DNA of 48,777 nt from assembly GCA_012862495.1 (NCBI GenBank), contig BLSG01000182.1:50753-99529 (forward strand), given 5' to 3'. Under the pieces are notes generated by a model that made no database searches, was not told the DNA's origin, and saw only the letters and a list, made by a program, of their open reading frames with translations. The position numbers and the translations under genes are program-made. Origin of the DNA: Thraustochytrium aureum. Its lineage: Eukaryota. The stretch's first letter is position 1. Every line of letters begins with the position of its first letter. Shown here one piece after another: positions 43,324 to 48,777 of the stretch.

Positions 43324-46079
43324 CTACTTGGCACTCGCGCGCCGCCGCCCGCGCATATCCGCTCTGGAACTGCCACCGCCGCGAGCGCCAAACTCGCGCA
43401 CGGCCTTGTCAATGTCACCGGCCTGTTGCGTGACCCAGTTGAAGTTGGCCTGGCGCTCGGCGCGCAGCTCGTCGACGCGCGACTGCTTTTGCGTCTGGCG
43501 CTGCTCCGAGAGAAACTNNNNNNNNNNNNNNNNNNNNNNNNNNNNNNNNNNNNNNNNNNNNNNNNNNNNNNNNNNNNNNNNNNNNNNNNNNNNNNNNNNN
43601 NNNNNNNNNNNNNNNNNNNNNNNNNNNNNNNNNNNNNNNNNNNNNNNNNNNNNNNNNNNNNNNNNNNNNNNNNNNNNNNNNNNNNNNNNNNNNNNNNNNN
43701 NNNNNNNNNNNNNNNNNNNNNNNNNNNNNNNNNNNNNNNNNNNNNNNNNNNNNNNNNNNNNNNNNNNNNNNNNNNNNNNNNNNNNNNNNNNNNNNNNNNN
43801 NNNNNNNNNNNNNNNNNNNNNNNNNNNNNNNNNNNNNNNNNNNNNNNNNNNNNNNNNNNNNNNNNNNNNNNNNNNNNNNNNNNNNNNNNNNNNNNNNNNN
43901 NNNNNNNNNNNNNNNNNNNNNNNNNNNNNNNNNNNNNNNNNNNNNNNNNNNNNNNNNNNNNNNNNNNNNNNNNNNNNNNNNNNNNNNNNNNNNNNNNNNN
44001 NNNNNNNNNNNNNNNNNNNNNNNNNNNNNNNNNNNNNNNNNNNNNNNNNNNNNNNNNNNNNNNNNNNNNNNNNNNNNNNNNNNNNNNNNNNNNNNNNNNN
44101 NCATGACTCGGGGGTAAAGCAGAAAGCAAGCAAGCAAATCCCATCCAGCGGAGCGGCATAGTCAAGCAGTGAGCAAACGTACCTTGTGGCCTCCGCGTTT
44201 CTTGAGCCTCAAGTCCCCCGCGCGGCGCATCTCCGTGACGTCGCAGCCATAGTCGCCCCCGCCATCGGCCCCCGACGCCGCCGCGGTGCCGAGATGCGCT
44301 CCCAAGGTGGCTTGCATCCTCTCCAGCCGGTTCACAAATACCTGCGCAGCGGCATCGGGGTTGTCGTGGGCCACATCGTACAGCGCAGTTATGCAGCCCT
44401 CTACCTCCCCGTCGCCCCCCCCCGACTCGCCTCGCGCCGCACGCTGCTCCACAACGATGATGAGGTGCTCGATGAGCAGCTCGAGGAAGGCGCGCATTTT
44501 CCCACGATTCTCTGCCTTGAGGTGAATCGAGTTGGACTTGCGCACGCGGAGAACGACTTGCGCAAAGTCCGCGTCCTCGTAGCCGTCGAGAATCTCGTAC
44601 AAGCCCGCGAGAGAGTCGGGAGCCTCAATCACAAAGGGTAGCTGCCCTTTGGCGAGGCGGATCGCCTCGGCGCGGTCGTCGACGCTCGCCTTGGGTTTGC
44701 GGGCCTCAGGAGGGGGCTTGCTCTCGCCGGCGCCCTCACTTTCGCTGTCACTGTCGTCCTCGCTCCCACTCGAGCTGCCTTCGCTGAGACCGTCCTCGCT
44801 TGCGGCCTCCAGGCCGGCCTGCGCGTTGTCCGCCTCGTCGAAGAAGGCGTCCTTGGCTGTTTTGCTCCTGGCCCTCTTCTTGCTTGCACGTTTTTTCCCA
44901 GCCGGCCCGGCATCATCATCCTCGTCGTCCGAGAGGATGCCCTTCATGCGGCGCTCGAGCTCGCGCTGCTGCTGCTCTAGCTTTTCGAGGTCGCGCTTGG
45001 CTTCCTCCTCCGGCGTTCTTGTGCGGTCTGTTGCTGCTGCGCGCGCCTCGAAAAACAGGCTGCGCACTGTGCGCTCGTACTCGTCGTCCTCGTCCTGGGC
45101 GTCGGCCAGCTTGTCCAGGGTCTCTTCGTTGACCCCAGCGGGGAGCTCGCCGCCGTCGCCGCCCTTTTTGCTGAGCTTGTCCATGATTGCTTGCATTTCC
45201 TCGGCTTGGCGCTCCTTTTTGGTGGGACGCATTTGGAACGCGCCACCCTTCATTAGATCGCGGAAGGCCTCGTCGAGGCGATCGCGCTCGTCTTCGTCGG
45301 CTTCCTTCTCCTGCTGGCGATGCATTTTGAAGATCTTGGCCTTGGCGATGACTTCCTCCATGACCTCCTTCTTCGACTTGGACCNNNNNNNNNNNNNNNN
45401 NNNNNNNNNNNNNNNNNNNNNNNNNNNNNNNNNNNNNNNNNNNNNNNNNNNNNNNNNNNNNNNNNNNNNNNNNNNNNNNNNNNNNNNNNNNNNNNNNNNN
45501 NNNNNNGTCGATCTGCTCTTCGAGGTCCTCTTCCTCGAGGCCCTGGTCGCGCATCATCCGCTCAAACTCTTGCATCTCCTTGCTGAGCGCGTCGCCGCCG
45601 TTGCTGGAGAGGGACTGTCCGAGGTGGGTGAGCTCGATGCGCTGCCGCTTGGCCGCCGCGGCGCCGGCAGCGTCGGTGTCGCTCAGGTTGTACAGGTTGC
45701 GCTTCTGGCGGAGCCGCTTGAACCGCTCCAGGATGCGCTCCTCCTCGGTCATGTTTTTGTCCTTCTCGCCGAACCGCTTGTCGAGAAACGTGTTTGCTTT
45801 CGTCGACTGCTGAAACTCGGTCAGTAGCGTGCGCTTGCGTTTCTCGTACGCGAGGCTGCGCGACAGGGCCACGTTGCGGGACCCGCCCTTGACCTTGCGG
45901 TTTAGCACGTCATGCTTGCCCTTCTTGTTCTGCCTCGCCTCAAACGGGTTATCCAGCCTCGCCTGCAGCAGCGCCTTCTTGCCGGCGGCAGCGGCGCCCC
46001 TCCCCTTTGCGGCGCCGCCGCTGCCGCCCTTGGCATTGAACGCTGCGGAGAGGTCCTTTCGCTTGGCTTTTTTCGCCAT
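43324..46079 (-). CDS. NOP14: Nucleolar protein 14 (SSU processome); two gaps; intron donor at 44182
   Basis: NPFE, KHDVLNRKVKG, EKRKRTLL, NTFLDKRFGE, EERILERF, LTHLGQSL, SKKEVMEEVIAKAK, ATDRTRTPEEEA, LPFVIEAP, IHLKAENRGKM. Confidence 0.93.
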
Positions 46080-46766
46080 CCCGGCCCAAGCCAACTGCGA
46101 ACTGCGCGCGCCTCTCTACCAGACCGCTGCACTGAGAACCCCAGGGCGAGGCGCCCAATCCCCGCGTCTCGAGGCCGTCACTGCCGCTGCTGTCGCGACC
46201 GTCGCGCGTTGCTGGGCTGCTTCCGTGTCGCGCTTGCTCTCCTCGCGTTGGGTGGTCGCAGCAGTGCTCCAAAACCGCGACCTTTTCTCGCTTTCCCGCT
46301 AAAACACCTTAACATCGCGCACCATTTACACCATGCAAACGAGGTAAATTCGGCGATATATTTGTTAAATACAAATCGCCGTTTTGCGTGCTCTTTGCCC
46401 AGATGGGGCGGGGGTATCGGGGCGGCCACTTGGATCTGGGCTGCGCTGACCAACCAATGCGTTCGCCCAAAGCCACCCGCCGAGTCACTGGAATATTGCC
46501 GGTGCCCGTGCTCCAGGATGCGCTCGCTGCTCGCGCGGCCTCTTCATCGACGCTGCCTGCCAACAACGGCTCGCCCGACCTGGCGCCGCGCTGCAGCACG
46601 CGGCAAGCTCGCGATGGGCCGGCCGGCCGCGAGGCGGCGAGGAGCCGTTCGAGTTGGTGGGTGGCTTTTTGTGCTTTTAGTTAGCCTTTTACGAACAAAA
46701 GGGCTAGCTAGCTCCAGCGCGAGAGCGGAGTTGGGCCGCGGCCGCGCGAGCGCACTTGGACGCGCG

Positions 46767-47620
46767 CTACGCGCAGACCCCGTACCTGGTCCCCGTCGAG
46801 GACCAGTACACCTCGCGAAATTTTCCGCTGCAGCAGTAGTCCGAGTCGCCCGCGTTGGCGTGGTCTCGGCCGTCCTTGTTCCAGCGCTTGCGGTGGCGGC
46901 TCGCGCACCCGTCTGCGCAGGCCCGGAAGTGACCCCAACGCACGGCACCTTGCAATTGTTGTCCTCAGAGGGGCAGTCGAGCGTGGTGCCGCGCGGCGCA
47001 CAGAGCCTCGCAGTTGTCGCGCGCTCGGTGAGGTCCCAGGTGCTCTTGAAGCTCAGGTAGTTTGTGCCGGAGCCGGTGGGCAGCCAGCTGCGCCGCACCG
47101 TCCCGGGAGCCGGGGTTAGGTCTGCCGAGTAGGCCGCCTTGTCGAAGGTCTCGTACCAGTACCGCCCGCGCAGCAGGTTCCAAGCAGCTTTGCGCCACTC
47201 CATCAGGCAGGCGCAGCTGTTGTCGGCATTGCCGAAGAGGTTGAGCGTCTCGCCGATCGGGTAGTTGCTCGAAAGGCAAAAGGCGCCCTTGGGGTGCTCG
47301 ATGCAGCACAAGTCATGGAGGATGGAGCCCACCGCGGTCTTGATCGTCACTGTGCCGTCGCCGTTGTCCTGCGGCTTGACGAGGTTCACAGACAGCGTCC
47401 CCAGAGCACCAAAGTTGAGGTCGTACGGCACGCCCTCGCAGTCCACGCCGATCGGCCCAACGCAATTGTCGAACGAAGTCGGAGAATGGCCCGTGTACGC
47501 CGCGCAGCCGGCAGGGTCGTTGGCGCGGCTGCAGCACACGTTGTTGGGCGGTATGCCTTCCGTTGGTAGGCCAGCGAGGGCGACGAGCCCCACAGCCGCA
47601 GCGACTGCCGCCTTGACCAT
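46767..47620 (-). CDS. Secreted cysteine-rich protein of unknown function; frame break at 46933-46936
   Basis: Signal peptide MVKAAVAAAVGLVALAG and many Cys. Adding one G joins ORF 46544..47791 to the Cys-containing tail of ORF 46767..46955 (DSDYCCSGKF...YGVCA*). Confidence 0.7.
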
Positions 47621-48126
47621 TTTCCCTCGTCTACCAGCGCCGTCTTGTCCCCAGAGCAAGCAACCACGCCGCAGCCTGCCGCACGCGTTTCCGCTCTGCT
47701 CTGCTGGTGCGGGGTCTGGTGGCTTGCGCTGGATGATCGACTTCGGAGGTGGTGAATTCATTTTTTCTGAGGGGAAGGCGGATGGATACACACTGACGTT
47801 CCACNNNNNNNNNNNNNNNNNNNNNNNNNNNNNNNNNNNNNNNNNNNNNNNNNNNNNNNNNNNNNNNNNNNNNNNNNNNNNNNNNNNNNNNNNNNNNNNN
47901 NNNNNNNNNNNNNNNNNNNNNNNNNNNNNNNNNNNNNNNNNNNNNNNNNNNNNNNNNNNNNNNNNNNNNNNNNNNNNNNNNNNNNNNNNNNNNNNNNNNN
48001 NNNNNNNNNNNNNNNNNNNNNNNNNNNNNNNNNNNNNNNNNNNNNNNNACCCACTGTGTACTTACTCGACCCTTTCACATCACACTCACAGTCACATCAC
48101 TCGCTTGCAGCGCAGCCCACCGATCT

Positions 48127-48777
48127 TCAAGACGTTTCATGAGCCAACGCGAGCACCTTGTACAGCGCCTCCTGACGCGGGATGGCCGTGTCCACGTAAA
48201 CCTTGGACCGTGCCGCGTCCGCGAACGCCACAGGCTCCAGGTCGCAGTGCGCAAGGTCAGCCCAGGACGACGGCAGCCACGTAGCCTGGCGAGGCGCGGC
48301 GGAAAGGGCGAGGAGCGCCGCGCCACGCGAGGTCGCCTCGTCGCGAGCCCACGGCGAGGAAAAGAGGTCGCGCTCGAGGCAGTCTGCGAGAGCTTGGCGC
48401 AGCAGCGGCGAGTGGTCAAGCGCAGACCCACTTGCGACAACCGTCGTCTTGGCGCTCAGGGCTGACTCGATGGCGCGCACAACCAGCGCCAGGCGCATCG
48501 CCACCGCCTCGAGCGCCGCGCACAAAAGGTGACTTGGTCGCGTCGCGGCCGTCATCCCGACAATCGACATTTGCGCGCCGTCCGCCCAGCCCAAGGACCG
48601 CTCCCCGCGCAGGAAAGGGAGTACGGCAAGGCCGTGGCGAGCCGGGGCCAGGGCAAGCGCATCTTCCTCGATGCCGGCGTCCCATTTGAGCGTGTTGCGC
48701 GCCCACTCGTGCAGCGAGCCGCCGTCCGTGAGCGCGCCACCTAGCAGGACCCGTTGGCGGTCGAGGCAGTAGCACCA
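48127..48777 (-). CDS. FGGY-family carbohydrate kinase, gluconokinase (GntK)-like; C-terminal part only, 5' end outside the window
   Basis: WCYCLDRQRVLLGGALTDGG, LAVLPFLRGERSLGW, AALEAVAMRL, VASGSAL, LRQALAD, EATSRGAALLA. Confidence 0.88.
   Translation of the reverse strand, partial: WCYCLDRQRVLLGGALTDGGSLHEWARNTLKWDAGIEEDALALAPARHGLAVLPFLRGERSLGWADGAQMSIVGMTAATRPSHLLCAALEAVAMRLALVVRAIESALSAKTTVVASGSALDHSPLLRQALADCLERDLFSSPWARDEATSRGAALLALSAAPRQATWLPSSWADLAHCDLEPVAFADAARSKVYVDTAIPRQEALYKVLALAHETS

Noticed and set aside
68..48775. Numerous long overlapping or antisense ORFs, including ORFs running through N-gaps
   Set aside because: Expected from high GC and stop-poor antisense frames or from N runs; they carry no recognisable motifs.

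Overview
GC-rich, gene-dense eukaryotic nuclear DNA from a draft assembly with 13 N-gaps. Genes are tightly packed, and the few introns are short GT-AG introns (72-159 nt). Gene content and style suggest a flagellated protist, possibly a stramenopile such as a thraustochytrid, but that is inference. About 18 protein-coding loci are visible: a kinesin-4, a giant ARM-like protein, an unknown protein, a ciliary-type coiled-coil protein, an SfsA-like nuclease, an ABHD13/BEM46 hydrolase, a DOMON/copper monooxygenase with myxobacterial-type Cys repeats, a SET methyltransferase, a tandem HCCA-isomerase/GST-kappa, a PPR-Smr protein, a SAM methyltransferase, Mpv17/PMP22, a nucleoplasmin-like protein, an FN3-WW-HECT ligase, Beclin-1/ATG6, a Patched/NPC1-like transporter, NOP14, a secreted Cys-rich protein and a partial FGGY kinase. 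There is also a degraded kinase remnant. About 13 single-base frame breaks interrupt otherwise intact genes, many at homopolymers, so they are most likely sequencing errors. The most notable items are the prokaryote-type SfsA, a PPR-Smr with a predicted mitochondrial presequence and C-terminal membrane anchor, a nucleoplasmin-like protein ending in a LOTUS/winged-helix-like domain, and a WW domain apparently inserted inside an FN3 domain. No rRNA, tRNA, CRISPR array or intact mobile element was recognised. All family calls are from motif recognition by eye, not database searches.
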